From an uncultured Chloroflexia bacterium (GTDB taxonomy: Bacteria > Chloroflexota > Dehalococcoidia > SZUA-161), in contig CAWKAJ010000002.1 of the NCBI GenBank assembly GCA_963847595.1, positions 77,068-141,067 on the forward strand: DNA of 64,000 bases, written 5' to 3'. The translations under genes and the position numbers were made by a program. Shown here one piece after another: positions 1-10,732 of this stretch (position 1 is the first letter of the stretch; each line of letters starts with the position of its first letter). The notes beneath the pieces were generated by a model. The model was given only the letters and a program-made list of their open reading frames with translations, made no database searches and was not told the origin of the DNA.

Positions 1-273
1 ATCGGAGCACGTGTTGTATCCTTGCCTTCGTGGGAGCTGTTCGACGCGCAGTCGCGGGAATACCGCAACGAGATCTTGCCGAGCAATATACGCGCCCGGG
101 TCTCCATAGAGGCGGCTTCGCCGCTGGGCTGGGAAAGGTATGTAGGTCTCGAAGGCACTGCGATCGGTGTGCCTCACTTCGGCGCCTCAGCCCCGGAGAA
201 GGTGATCTACGAAAAGTTTGGCCTAACTGCACAGCGTGTAGCAGATGAAGCGTTAAGGCTTCTTCGGAGATAG
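1..273 (+). CDS. tkt: Transketolase, C-terminal fragment (gene starts upstream of window)
   Basis: Frame is open from nt 1. Translation ...RVVSLPSWELFDAQ...GVPHFGASAP...FGLTAQRVADEA matches the conserved transketolase C-terminus. Confidence 0.6.
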   Translation: MGARVVSLPSWELFDAQSREYRNEILPSNIRARVSIEAASPLGWERYVGLEGTAIGVPHFGASAPEKVIYEKFGLTAQRVADEALRLLRR

Positions 274-316
274 CGTTGCGATGAGCTTTGAGTTAATGCC
301 TTTTGCGTAGATTCTT

Positions 317-2791
317 TCATTTACTCTCTTTCTTTTCCTCGGCGTAGAAACCCTTGAATTTTTCTGCCATCTCCTTGAGCCTGTTGCTGACCAGGAAGTT
401 GATGGTATTCTCAGGATAACTACCATCTTCGCGCCTCTCGCCAGCGGCGACACTGGTGAGTATCTCAATTCCTTCGTCGATGGTTCTGGCGGCATAGACG
501 TGGAATTGGCCGCGACGTACCGCTTCCACGACTTCTTCGCGCAACATGAGATTTCTCAGGTTCTGGTGGGGTATCAGGACTCCCTGGTCGCCGGTCAGCC
601 CTTTGGCCTGGCATACCTGGAAAAAGCCTTCTATCTTCTGGTTGACGCCCCCTATAGGCTGTATCTCACCCTTCTGGTTGACGGAGCCGGTAACTGCAGT
701 GTTCTGCTTGATGGGCACTCCGGAGAGACTGGACAAGATAGCATAGAGCTCGGTGGACGATGCGCTGTCGCCCTCCACTCCTTCGTATGATTGCTCGAAA
801 CACAGGCTGGCGGACAGTGAAAGCGGCTTGTCCTGGGCATATTTCCAGCCCAGATAGCCGCTGAGTATCATGACTCCCTTATTGTGGATTGGCCCGCTGA
901 GCTCAGATTCTCGCTCGATGTTGATGACACCTGCGCGCCCGAGGAAGGTTTTGGCCGTAATTCGCGAGGGCTTGCCAAACGCTATATCACCCATAGTGTA
1001 AACGCTCAGGCCATTCACCTGCCCCACTACAGCCCCTTCGACATCTATCATAATGGTGCCTTGAGTTATCATGTCCCGGAGCCGCTCATCGAGCAGGTTA
1101 TGCCTGAATAACCTCTCGTCAAGGGCTTTTTGCACATGAGCAGCAGTAATGAACTTGGCCCCATCCTTTGAGGCCCAATAGTCTGCTTCCTCAATGACAT
1201 CCTTGACCTGGGCGAACCTCGAGGACAGCTTCTCCTGGTCGGCCACCATTCTTGCAGAGTACTCGAGAGCTTTTGCCACGCCGCTGGGATCGAAATGTCT
1301 GGATTCACACTCCTCGCAGCAACCGGAGATAAATGCCGCATAGTCTATCATGTTCTTCTCTGTTCTGTCGATCTCGAAGTTGAAGTCGGCTTTAACCTTA
1401 AAAAGCTCCCAGAAGTCCTCGTCTTGCATGGATAGTAGCTGGTAGAGCATGGCATCGCCGATGAGGACGATCTTGACCTTTATGGGCATGGGCTCAGGCC
1501 TCATTCCCTGGGGAGCGATAAGCCCAAACTGTTCGAAGGGGTCCTCTATACGTACTTCCCTGTTCTTGATCGCTCTCTTCAACGCGGGCCACACGCCCGG
1601 ATTGGTGAGCACATCGTACGCACTGAGCAGGAGGTAGCCGCCATTTGCCAGGTTAACGGCCCCGGGTTTGAGCATGGTGTGGTCGCTTAGGTAGCCACCG
1701 AAGAGGAATCGTCTCTCGATCTTGCCGAAGATATTGCCGAAATTCGGGTTAGGCTCCATAACCACTGCCGGGCCTTTGCTGTCGCTGTTATCCACGAAAA
1801 CATTGACCTGGAAGGGAAGAAACGGATTTCTACCGCCCATGACCTGGCTCATCGGGACACCGAAAAGCGGGTTCACGGGTTCCTCGGTTGTTTTGAAGAA
1901 GTCAAGGTTATCTATAGTATAGGTCTTCAAATCGGCGAGATACTTGCTGACTTTAGGCAACTTGGAATACTGATCGAACAGAGGAGAAAACAGGCTGGAA
2001 ACGGTAAATTCACCGACATCTTTGTCGGCCTTGCGCAACCTCTCAGCCAACTGCTGCTGCACGTTAGTCACTTTATCAAAGCTTCCTTGTAGTTTCTGGC
2101 TAAGCTTGGCCTGCTTGGCCTGGAGGTCTTTCCTCGTGGACTCTTTCAAAGAGAGGAATTGCTTCTCCTCCATGGGCCGACCATCGACCATGGGAATAAG
2201 AACCGGCCCGGCTGGCGTCATCTGAATGAAGAAGCCCTGCTTACGAGCTTCACTGGCTATCTCCTCAAAAACCTCTTGCTGTCTGGCCTGGCCTTCCTCA
2301 ACCATTTTCTTTGCCTGAGACTTATATTCGTCGCTGGAGAAGGCTTTGCTTACCTCTTCCCTCACTCTGGCCAGGAGTTCGGTAATCTGGTCGCGAAGTA
2401 TTTTCCCCTTGCCCTGGGGAAGGCTCACTATCTGAGGGCGGTCCGGCTCCTGGAAATTGTAAAGGTAGCACCAGTCATCGAGGACAAAGGTTTCTCCCCT
2501 GGCTTCCTTCTCCGCTATCAGTCTCTTAATATACGTTTTTACCATAGATGTCTTGCCTGTACCGGTCAGTCCGGCCACGTAGATATTGTAGCCATCATTC
2601 GGCATGTTCAAACCGAATTCCACCGCTCTGATGGCGCGGTCCTGGCCGATGAACTCGCGCAGCGGAGACAGGTCCTTAGTGCATTCAAATTTGAACAGGT
2701 TCGGGTCACAGCGCCAGCGCAGTTTATCAACCGGTACTTCGTACTTCTTCGTTTGCATTGCTTCCTCCTTTTGAGTGGCAAATAGCGACAT
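317..2791 (-). CDS. Lon-related ATP-dependent protease (AAA+ ATPase with C-terminal Lon S16-like domain)
   Basis: 824-aa ORF with Walker A GLTGTGKTSM. The C-terminal region has a Lon proteolytic-domain-like block (EGDSASSTELYAILSSLSGVPIKQNTAVTGSVNQKGEIQPIGGV). Confidence 0.7.
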   Translation of the reverse strand: MSLFATQKEEAMQTKKYEVPVDKLRWRCDPNLFKFECTKDLSPLREFIGQDRAIRAVEFGLNMPNDGYNIYVAGLTGTGKTSMVKTYIKRLIAEKEARGETFVLDDWCYLYNFQEPDRPQIVSLPQGKGKILRDQITELLARVREEVSKAFSSDEYKSQAKKMVEEGQARQQEVFEEIASEARKQGFFIQMTPAGPVLIPMVDGRPMEEKQFLSLKESTRKDLQAKQAKLSQKLQGSFDKVTNVQQQLAERLRKADKDVGEFTVSSLFSPLFDQYSKLPKVSKYLADLKTYTIDNLDFFKTTEEPVNPLFGVPMSQVMGGRNPFLPFQVNVFVDNSDSKGPAVVMEPNPNFGNIFGKIERRFLFGGYLSDHTMLKPGAVNLANGGYLLLSAYDVLTNPGVWPALKRAIKNREVRIEDPFEQFGLIAPQGMRPEPMPIKVKIVLIGDAMLYQLLSMQDEDFWELFKVKADFNFEIDRTEKNMIDYAAFISGCCEECESRHFDPSGVAKALEYSARMVADQEKLSSRFAQVKDVIEEADYWASKDGAKFITAAHVQKALDERLFRHNLLDERLRDMITQGTIMIDVEGAVVGQVNGLSVYTMGDIAFGKPSRITAKTFLGRAGVINIERESELSGPIHNKGVMILSGYLGWKYAQDKPLSLSASLCFEQSYEGVEGDSASSTELYAILSSLSGVPIKQNTAVTGSVNQKGEIQPIGGVNQKIEGFFQVCQAKGLTGDQGVLIPHQNLRNLMLREEVVEAVRRGQFHVYAARTIDEGIEILTSVAAGERREDGSYPENTINFLVSNRLKEMAEKFKGFYAEEKKESK

Positions 2792-3155
2792 TCATTTCGG
2801 AAACGTTCCTCTTATTTATGGGGGAACGACAGAAATGATAAGCATCAAGAATGAAGAAGTCATAAAACTAAAGGCAAAAATCTTAAAAAGTCATCACATT
2901 TTCAGCAGAGGCTCTCTTTTGGTCCGGTGGTGGCGAGCAGCATCTTGAGTAGAATAGTATCTTTAAAGTCGGGTGTATATCGATTTGCTTTTTGAGACAA
3001 AAGTCATATGCAGGGCTGAGTTGCACTGATAAGATTGTGTTTGGCCGAATATATTAGGTAAGTGAGCAATCTCAATTTTGACCGAGAGTCAGTTGAGAAG
3101 CAAATAGGGACAATCTGGGAAAGATAATGGAAGCCAGGGTTGTCCTAATTTCAGT

Positions 3156-4721
3156 ATGGGGCGGAAACCAATGAGAGCGCAGCGAAGAAAGACAAAGACT
3201 CAACAACTCGATTACAGAGAGGGCGACCTCGACATAGATGGATTGTTTGCATCGGCAACGAAACCGGAACGAGACGCGATGCAAGAGGAAGGCGCTTTTG
3301 TGCCTTTAGATGAGGATATGCCTGACGGGGATGGCGAAGCTGTTGCAGGTACGGCAGAGCTGTCCGATGACGATATTTCTGAGGAAGAAGAACAGGCTGA
3401 AGAACTGGAAAAAGCCAGGGCAGAATCGGAAGGAATCATAGAGGACCCGATAAGGATGTATCTCCAGGAGATGGGACGCGTTTCTTTGCTGAGCGTGGTG
3501 GAGGAGAGGCAACTGGGGAAGAAGATCGAGGAAGGGAAATACGTTAAGAGGATCGAAGAGGAATGGCGCAACGAGCATGGAAAATTCCCTTCCCCGGTAG
3601 ATGAGGCAATTGCCGTGCTAGCCGCGCTGGGCCGGGTTTCTATTTTCCTCATGGCTTTACAGAAGGAGCTCGGTCTGGCAAAGCTGACAGGTTTTTCCAA
3701 GTTAGCTTCCCATCCAAAGGTACTGAAGGCGATCGATGGCGAAATAGATAGGGATGTATTGAAAGGCGTTGCAGAGAGAACCGGCACTGATTTACAAGTG
3801 GCAAAAGAGAGTCTAAGAGATATTTCAGTCCTCCTTGCTGTCACTCCTAAGGAAGTGCTCCGAGCCATTGGCGAGGGGCGCTCTGTCGCGGAGCTGTCCA
3901 GCGTGGTATCTCAGGCGGAGTTTCGCAAGGGCATTGCATCGCTGGAGCCCCTATTGCGTGAGCATTGGGACAGCATAAGAGAGGAAGGGGACAAGGCACG
4001 GCAGCATCTGATCGAAGCTAACCTTCGCCTTGTGGTCAGCATAGCCAAGAAATACGTCAATCGCGGTGTGCCGCTCCTTGACCTGATTCAAGAAGGTAAC
4101 ATGGGGCTCATTCGGGCGGTGGAGAAATTCGACTACCGCAAAGGTTATAAGTTCAGCACTTATGCCACGTGGTGGATACGTCAGGCAGTCACCCGGCATG
4201 TGGCCGACAAAGCCCGCACTATTCGCATCCCGGTCCACATGGTGGAGACTATAAATAAGCTTATCAGGACTAGCAGACGGCTATGTCAAGAATACGGGCG
4301 GGAACCAACCTTCAAGGAGATCGGTAGAGGTATGGGTCTTTCTCCCAAGAGGGTGAGGGAGATCATTCAAATATCTCAAGAGCCGGTGTCTCTCGAGATG
4401 CCAATCGGGGGAGAGGAGGATACCCAGCTTGGAGATTTTGTTGAAGATCAATCCTCGATTTCCCCTGTAGAAGCTGTCTCGATGAATCTGCTGAAGAATC
4501 AGATAGATGAAGTACTCTGCACTCTCACTCCAAGAGAACGCCGGGTAGTCCTATCCAGATTCGGGCTCGAAGATGGCCGCAGCCGCACTCTGGAAGAGGT
4601 TGGCGCAGAATTTGGCGTCACCAGAGAGCGCATCCGCCAGATCGAAGCTAAAGCCATTCGCAAGCTACGCCACCGTAGCAGGTCACAGAAGTTGAAGGAC
4701 TACCTGGAAGACATGGGATAA
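3156..4721 (+). CDS. rpoD: RNA polymerase primary sigma factor (sigma-70 family) with acidic N-terminal extension
   Basis: Region 2 signature [43 protein letters not shown]. Regions 3 and 4 are also present ([15 protein letters not shown]). Confidence 0.9.
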   Translation: MGRKPMRAQRRKTKTQQLDYREGDLDIDGLFASATKPERDAMQEEGAFVPLDEDMPDGDGEAVAGTAELSDDDISEEEEQAEELEKARAESEGIIEDPIRMYLQEMGRVSLLSVVEERQLGKKIEEGKYVKRIEEEWRNEHGKFPSPVDEAIAVLAALGRVSIFLMALQKELGLAKLTGFSKLASHPKVLKAIDGEIDRDVLKGVAERTGTDLQVAKESLRDISVLLAVTPKEVLRAIGEGRSVAELSSVVSQAEFRKGIASLEPLLREHWDSIREEGDKARQHLIEANLRLVVSIAKKYVNRGVPLLDLIQEGNMGLIRAVEKFDYRKGYKFSTYATWWIRQAVTRHVADKARTIRIPVHMVETINKLIRTSRRLCQEYGREPTFKEIGRGMGLSPKRVREIIQISQEPVSLEMPIGGEEDTQLGDFVEDQSSISPVEAVSMNLLKNQIDEVLCTLTPRERRVVLSRFGLEDGRSRTLEEVGAEFGVTRERIRQIEAKAIRKLRHRSRSQKLKDYLEDMG

Positions 4722-4984
4722 GGTATATAGGCTGCCTCAAACGGCAGCCTGGCCATGCGCCCTGGACACCTTCATAGCAAATACCCCCATTTGCACTTCT
4801 CAGATGATGCTATTGTTTATTGGTCTCTTTTCAACCCCCTTTATCCCACAAGATTGGGGGGATTTTCGCTTACCAACCCCTACTGTCCGGTCAAATTATA
4901 AACCAGATTGGATCTCTTCAGTCTCGTATATCGAATTGACTCGGGCAAAGCCGAATGATAGCATATTGAGCCAGAGGTGTTTTA

Positions 4985-6136
4985 ATGGAAGCGATGAAAA
5001 AACTCTCTGACCACCTGGCAACCAGACTGACCGAGTTGACACTATTGAGGAAGACCGGGACTAAACTCATCGGCTACGCCCCCGGGGGTTATATGCCGGA
5101 GGAGCTGGTTTATGCGGTCGGCGCTGTGCCCGTTGGACTTATCAGAGGGGGAGACCCGGAGCCTGTAGCTGAAAGCGCTGCGTATGTTCCTCGATTCATA
5201 GACACATTCTGCAGGTCTCAGATCGGGTATAGAATGATGGGTGGGGACCCTCTCTACGAGATAATCGACCTTCTCGTTGTCCCAGTTACGGACCACAACA
5301 TCAAGACCATAGCCGACTGCTTCAACTTTTTCACCAATACCAACGTGTTCAGATTTGGAGTCCCTCATCAGAAAGACGAACACGCCTTCGAGTACTATCT
5401 TGCGGGGCTGCATGCGTTTAAGGATAAGCTGGAGGAGTTCAGCGGCAACAAGATTGAGGACAGGAGACTGAGCGAAGCCATAGATTTGTGCAATAGAATG
5501 AGAGAGCTTCTGAAGAAGATAAGCCTCCTGCGTCTGTCTGGGCGCCCACCTATAACCGGCTACGAGTTCGTGAAACTGAATCATGCTTCGTTTATCGCTG
5601 ACAAGGCCGTCTTCATAGACGCTCTGGAGTCGATTCATCAAGAGTTGAAAAGGAAGCCCCCATCCGACCCAAAGGGGCCAAGGATACTCCTGACAGGCTC
5701 AACACTGGCTATGGGTGATTACAAGGTTCTGGAAATGGCAGAGAAGGCTGGAGCAAACATCGTTATTGAGGAATTCGCAGAGGGGATGAGGCACTACTGG
5801 GAGAATGTCCAGGTTAACGGTGACCTCATGGAGTCACTGGCGGACAGATACTTCAGGAGAAGAGTGCCCCCTGCCTGGTTCAGACCATCCAGGGAAAGGT
5901 TGGATTATCTGATAAAGCTGGCCAGGGATTTTAAAGTAGACGGGATAATCTGGTATCAGCTCATGTACCGGAGCAGCTATGATATTCAGGCATTCTATTT
6001 CGAAAAGCTGCTGAAAAAGGAACTCAATATACCGATGCTGAAGCTTGAATCAGATTATGATGTTTCCGAAAGGGGCCCTCTCAGGACGAGGATCGAGACC
6101 TTTGTTGAGATTATCAAAGCGGGGGGAGGCAGATAG
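4985..6136 (+). CDS. 2-hydroxyacyl-CoA dehydratase subunit (HgdB/FldC/HadC-like)
   Basis: 383-aa ORF with composition and length typical of the smaller dehydratase subunit. It lies immediately upstream of the larger paralogous subunit and the activase. Confidence 0.7.
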   Translation: MEAMKKLSDHLATRLTELTLLRKTGTKLIGYAPGGYMPEELVYAVGAVPVGLIRGGDPEPVAESAAYVPRFIDTFCRSQIGYRMMGGDPLYEIIDLLVVPVTDHNIKTIADCFNFFTNTNVFRFGVPHQKDEHAFEYYLAGLHAFKDKLEEFSGNKIEDRRLSEAIDLCNRMRELLKKISLLRLSGRPPITGYEFVKLNHASFIADKAVFIDALESIHQELKRKPPSDPKGPRILLTGSTLAMGDYKVLEMAEKAGANIVIEEFAEGMRHYWENVQVNGDLMESLADRYFRRRVPPAWFRPSRERLDYLIKLARDFKVDGIIWYQLMYRSSYDIQAFYFEKLLKKELNIPMLKLESDYDVSERGPLRTRIETFVEIIKAGGGR

Positions 6137-6138
6137 TC

Positions 6139-7533
6139 ATGTACACCGAGCTCTTCAAGCTGTGCGGTTTTGAGCCGGATGAGATTAAAAAGGAAAGGCC
6201 AAGGATCGATAAAGCATTCAAGATCCTGGGAATAGAAGATGAGGACATCAAGCGGGGCGAGAAGAGGCTAAAACAGTATTTAGACATAGAGTTGCTGGGG
6301 GTGCGTAGATTCCTCGGGATATGGATGAGGGAGCTTGTTAATCTCGTACTGGCACGAGAAGAACATGAAAAAATAGTATACAGCGATTTTCCCATGGAAC
6401 TCAGACCGTTGATGTCAATGATGCTGTCAACCGATGAGAAGAAAGCGTATTTCGCTACCCCCGGGCAAATAATTAACATGACCATGGGCCAGATCTTCGA
6501 CAAACTCACCCCCTTTCTTGTGGCAGGAGAAGAGAACGGCCTGCCACCCGGAGCCGCCCACTGCGCCCTATATCAGACTCGGCTGGGAGCGATGGTGAAG
6601 GGCGTAATCCCCTTCCCTGACCTGTCAGTGATAGCATCCTATCACTGCGACCAGCCGGCGGAGGCGGAGCAATTGCTGCATGAAGTCTATGGAGTCCCCG
6701 TCGCATACCTCGATAGCTGCCCGGACCCTAACTGGGGCGATTGGCCTAAATTCAATGACTACCGCGTTCGCTATTGCGGATCACAGGCGCGCAAGCTCTT
6801 CCAGATGTTTGAGGAGATAATCGGCGCTAAAATGACGGATGAGGCCAAACGCACCGCCAATAAGGCTAATGCCATATTCCGCCTCAAGTTCCAGCAGTTG
6901 GTGGAACTAATGGGACATGCGGACCCCCAGCCCATACATCAGACAAGCCTGGTACACGCCTTTTTCCTGAACTCCATGCCGACAAGAGACATTGCAGGGA
7001 AGCAGGAGGCGCTGGAGATACTGTGTGGTGAGGTAGAGGAGAGAATTAATCAGGGCAAGGGGGTAGTGCCGAAGGGAGCCCCCGGCGTCTTCATTACTGC
7101 TACGATAAGTGTCGACCCCGGCATAACGCACATGATAGAGGAGACAGGCCTGGCCATCCGTATTCAAATACCGTTCTGGCTCAGTCCGTGGGTAATGGCC
7201 AGACATCCCTACAGGGATTGGGCGGACATGATAGGTGTTGGCCCTTGTCTGGACGTACCGCACTCCTGTGAAGCCCATGTTGCTATTAACCTGGCAAACT
7301 GCAAGGCTTTCAACGTGGATGGAGCAATTGATTTCTACCCCTACTCTTGCCGCGAATGGGTCCCTACCGTCATGATAACCAAGAAGACCATAGAGAGAGA
7401 GTTGGGCATACCGGTGCTGGTCTTGGAGGGAGACTGCTATGATACCAGGAACTACAGTGCCGGTCAGCTAAGGACGAGAGTTGAAACATTTGCGGAATTG
7501 CTGAGAGCGGCCAAGGCCGCCAAAGCGGCATAA
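6139..7533 (+). CDS. 2-hydroxyacyl-CoA dehydratase subunit (HgdA/FldB/HadB-like)
   Basis: 464-aa ORF that is a paralog of the preceding ORF. Its start is 3 nt after the upstream stop, and it is followed by the activase. Confidence 0.7.
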   Translation: MYTELFKLCGFEPDEIKKERPRIDKAFKILGIEDEDIKRGEKRLKQYLDIELLGVRRFLGIWMRELVNLVLAREEHEKIVYSDFPMELRPLMSMMLSTDEKKAYFATPGQIINMTMGQIFDKLTPFLVAGEENGLPPGAAHCALYQTRLGAMVKGVIPFPDLSVIASYHCDQPAEAEQLLHEVYGVPVAYLDSCPDPNWGDWPKFNDYRVRYCGSQARKLFQMFEEIIGAKMTDEAKRTANKANAIFRLKFQQLVELMGHADPQPIHQTSLVHAFFLNSMPTRDIAGKQEALEILCGEVEERINQGKGVVPKGAPGVFITATISVDPGITHMIEETGLAIRIQIPFWLSPWVMARHPYRDWADMIGVGPCLDVPHSCEAHVAINLANCKAFNVDGAIDFYPYSCREWVPTVMITKKTIERELGIPVLVLEGDCYDTRNYSAGQLRTRVETFAELLRAAKAAKAA

Positions 7534-7538
7534 GGGAA

Positions 7539-8330
7539 ATGACGAAGGCCATTACCGCGGGAGTTGATGTTGGAGCGGCCACTGCCAAAACAGTCCTTAT
7601 GGCAGATGGCAAGATTCTGTCCTACGCTGTTATACCGACAGGCGACAGTGTTGCTCGAGCAGCAGAAAAAGTAACGAGAGCAGCTTTGGAACAAGCTGCT
7701 CTCTCCATGCCTGACCTTGGCTTCGTCATCTCCACAGGTTATGGAAGGAACGGAGTTACCTTTGCTAACAAAGCGGTAACTGAGATTATCTGCCACGCCA
7801 AGGGAGTGAACTTCTTGATTCCGGCAGCCAGAACGGTAATCGACATAGGCGGTCAGGATAGCAAGGTTATCGGTGTCCGTGAAGATGGTACGGTGAGTGA
7901 TTTCGTCATGAATGATAAGTGTGCTGCGGGAACAGGTAGATTCCTGGAGGTTATGGCGGCAGTTCTGGGCCTCGCCATTGAGGAGATGGGTCCGATATCC
8001 CTCACCAGCAAGGAGCCCTGCTCTATAAGCAGCACTTGCACCATATTCGCCGAAACAGAGATGGTCTCGCTGCGCGCCGATGGGAGAACCAGAGAGGACC
8101 TAGTCGCCGGGATTCATCGGGCTGTGGCCTCAAGAGTGGTCGTCATGGGAAAAACCGTCGGCTACAAGAAGCAGGTGGTATTCACCGGAGGCGTCGCCAA
8201 GAACATGGGAGTTAAGCATTCCCTCGAAATCGGAATCGGGCTTCCCATCCTGATTCCGGAGGAGCCTCAGATTGTCGGAGCCCTGGGAGCTGCTCTCCTT
8301 GCCAGCCGTGAGTTAAGTATTCGCCGCTAG
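7539..8330 (+). CDS. CoA-substrate-specific enzyme activase (HgdC/FldI-type, BadF/BadG/BcrA/BcrD ATPase family)
   Basis: 263-aa acetate/sugar-kinase-fold ATPase with CAAGTGRFLE and GGQDSKVI motifs typical of dehydratase activators. Confidence 0.85.
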   Translation: MTKAITAGVDVGAATAKTVLMADGKILSYAVIPTGDSVARAAEKVTRAALEQAALSMPDLGFVISTGYGRNGVTFANKAVTEIICHAKGVNFLIPAARTVIDIGGQDSKVIGVREDGTVSDFVMNDKCAAGTGRFLEVMAAVLGLAIEEMGPISLTSKEPCSISSTCTIFAETEMVSLRADGRTREDLVAGIHRAVASRVVVMGKTVGYKKQVVFTGGVAKNMGVKHSLEIGIGLPILIPEEPQIVGALGAALLASRELSIRR

Positions 8331-8413
8331 ACAGGTCTGTGACAGCAACGATGAGCACTATCTCGCCAACTATAATTGTTTCTCCGATACCTGTAAATTC
8401 TGTTAAATAGGCG

Positions 8414-9724
8414 TTATCGTTTGGAAGCTGCCTGCTTCTTTGGCTTCGCTGCCGCTGTGCCTGCCCCTTTATGCCATAAGCCCATATGTTTCCTGTGGGT
8501 CTCATTCAAGAGGTTGTCCAGCCCGTATTTATCGTAGAACTCTTGCTCGAGGTGGTGCACCTGCAGCCATTCGGGCATCACGATGGTATCGAAAGTGGCG
8601 GGGAATCTTCCGTACGTGTCGAATACGTAGTTGCAGTAGTCTTTGGTTATCTGGATGACCTTTTTGCTCGGCACGGGATACCCCGGCTGCACTTTCTTCC
8701 AATTCTTGTCGAAAGGCACCATACCTTTGTAGTTGGACGTATACATCCCGTTCTTGCCGAACTTATGCTCAATGAAGGCGTCTACAGCATCGTTCATGGT
8801 CTTGTAGTACGGCGGCTGGTAGCTTTCGAAGATTCCGTCGAGTCCCGCTGGATTCATGCCCAGCATGGCGCCGGAGCCCTCCTTTGCCATGCTGTAGCGA
8901 AAACCCAGGGACTGCAGCGCCAATATCCCTATGTATCCGGTCATGACAATCGAGCCAAGGCCCATGGCCTCTGCCATTAGCTGGATGTTCTGTAATGCGT
9001 GGAAGGGGGGAGCGAGATTGCCGAGGAATATAGTATATTCGTAAGAGGATAGGGGAACATCTGGGCCTTTTAAGGTCCCATTATCAATCCATTTCTTTAT
9101 CCCTGCTGGGCCTGTTCCTTTGATGTCATCGAATACCTTGTAGCCTTCTCCCATGAAGATGGCTATCACGGAATCGAGATACTCCTCGGAAATCTCCAGG
9201 ATGGGCATGAACAGGGTGGTGCCGGGCTTGTTGGTATTCCAGTGAACTATCCTCACCAGAGTCTCAGGTATCATGGCGAATCTGCCATCGGAGAGCTTGG
9301 TAGTGTCACGCCGGAAATATCTGGCAATCTTGTCCCAATCCTGCTCTGTTTCAATCTCCACGGCTTTGGTCGCTTCTTTGGGGTCGTAGACAAAGAGACC
9401 TTTATCGTTTGTGAAGAAGAGCTTCATATTATGTACGTTGCACGCGTAAGGGGTAGTCCTTCCTACCCAACTCGTAAACATGCTCCCCTGCACATCGTTA
9501 GTGGGCATGTCGGCTGCGATAAGTCCTGTTATCCCTGTGCCTGCCCAGCAGAGGATGGCAGTCTCTATATCATTCAGGGGCACCGGAGGATTCTGGGAGG
9601 CATATTTGAGCGTCCCTTCTTCCATTTTGCAGCCCAGGGGGAACCTGCGGGTTCTCCTTTGAGCCATAGCTTTGAGAAGGGGGTATGAGAAGAGTTCTCT
9701 TACTTCTTTCTTATCTTTAAGCAT
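8414..9724 (-). CDS. Hypothetical protein, nitroreductase-superfamily-like fold (large, 436 aa)
   Basis: Long ORF with an RBS. The N-terminal LLKAMAQRRTRRF and internal QNIQLMAEAMGLGS resemble nitroreductase/SagB-type family motifs. There are no Fe-S Cys clusters. Confidence 0.35.
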   Translation of the reverse strand: MLKDKKEVRELFSYPLLKAMAQRRTRRFPLGCKMEEGTLKYASQNPPVPLNDIETAILCWAGTGITGLIAADMPTNDVQGSMFTSWVGRTTPYACNVHNMKLFFTNDKGLFVYDPKEATKAVEIETEQDWDKIARYFRRDTTKLSDGRFAMIPETLVRIVHWNTNKPGTTLFMPILEISEEYLDSVIAIFMGEGYKVFDDIKGTGPAGIKKWIDNGTLKGPDVPLSSYEYTIFLGNLAPPFHALQNIQLMAEAMGLGSIVMTGYIGILALQSLGFRYSMAKEGSGAMLGMNPAGLDGIFESYQPPYYKTMNDAVDAFIEHKFGKNGMYTSNYKGMVPFDKNWKKVQPGYPVPSKKVIQITKDYCNYVFDTYGRFPATFDTIVMPEWLQVHHLEQEFYDKYGLDNLLNETHRKHMGLWHKGAGTAAAKPKKQAASKR

Positions 9725-9840
9725 GGGACTCCTCCTCTATTTAAATTTGGTTTTACTGGAATCGTCTGTGATGCCTCTCAGTCTACCGCAAACATGAAAC
9801 GGAATCAAACAGTTGGATTGAGGGGAAAGTTTAAAGACTT

Positions 9841-9935
9841 TTCAGCTCCCTCTGACTCCCCCAGTCTTGAGGGGGAAAGAGAGTTGGGGACACCCCCAGC
9901 CGCCTATGACAGATTGCCCCTCTGCACTCCCCGTT
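9841..9935. repeat. Intergenic hairpin-containing repeat element, copy 1 (partner 24181..24295)
   Basis: Shared blocks are ttcagc..., tcccccagtcttg.gggg..., ...ggggaYacc.cca..., and cc.tctgcactccMcgtt. Both copies sit in divergent-promoter regions. Confidence 0.5.
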
Positions 9936-10143
9936 AGTAAACGGGCTCTATGGCAACTGAAATTAGGGGCGATTGTCTTTTTGCGCTGACTGGCTGTCAG
10001 ACTAGATTTGCTTAAATTCGGCTAAATGTGATAACTTTTTAACTTTTTGCCCGTTCATTTTATGATTTCTCCATATCTGGCTTGATATTATGGTCAGGGT
10101 GTCACTTTTATTTGCGGGAGCTATTTATAAGGAGGTCAGCAAG

Positions 10144-10620
10144 ATGGGTATATTCTTCTCGGGCAGAGAGCTTATCGAAATCGCTATCGGGATTGAGAAG
10201 AACGGAGCAATATTCTATGATTCCCTGGCTGGCTCCGCTAAGAATCTCGGGGCTCGGGATACCTACAAGAATCTGGCTGACAGGGAAAGGGAACATGCTG
10301 AAATATTCCGGAAGATGCTGGGCTCAGTGGGTGAGTACAAGCCGCCGGAGACATATACCGAGCAATATAACCTCTACCTGAAGGCACTGATAGACTCACT
10401 TGTTTTTACCGATGATAAGGTTACGCGCCAGATGGCACGGAAGGTAAATAGCGACGCTGAGGCGGTGCAGATTGCTACGGGGGCAGAGAAGGACTCGATC
10501 CTGTTTTATGTTGAGTTCAGAGACATGGTTCGCCGCTCGGAGCGCAAGGTAGTGGGGGAAATAATCGAGGAGGAGAAATCCCATCTGAGGGAGCTAATGG
10601 CGATTAAAAAGAGTCTCTGA
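10144..10620 (+). CDS. Rubrerythrin/ferritin-like di-iron protein
   Basis: Start chosen at MGIFF, which is preceded by AAGGAGG. The sequence ELIEIAIGIEKNGAIFYDSLA...EEEKSHLRELMAI looks like a ferritin-like four-helix-bundle protein. Confidence 0.55.
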   Translation: MGIFFSGRELIEIAIGIEKNGAIFYDSLAGSAKNLGARDTYKNLADREREHAEIFRKMLGSVGEYKPPETYTEQYNLYLKALIDSLVFTDDKVTRQMARKVNSDAEAVQIATGAEKDSILFYVEFRDMVRRSERKVVGEIIEEEKSHLRELMAIKKSL

Positions 10621-10732
10621 AATAGTTGGGAAAATCGAGTCTGTAGTGATTACAGCATGCAAAAGGAGGTGAACGAGACGGCAATAAAGAAAGCGGGGAA
10701 AGATAGCAATAACATTAATGAGGAGGTAAAAA

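Noticed and set aside
2159-2785. 208-aa plus-strand ORF
   Set aside because: It lies entirely antisense within the well-supported Lon-like protease gene.
3212-3868. 218-aa minus-strand Ser-rich ORF
   Set aside because: It is antisense to rpoD's acidic N-terminal region (GAA/GAG-rich, giving Ser/Phe-rich antisense). It is not a real gene.
4804-5010. 68-aa ORF upstream of the dehydratase subunit gene
   Set aside because: It is hydrophobic junk sequence in the promoter or leader region, with no RBS and no similarity to anything.
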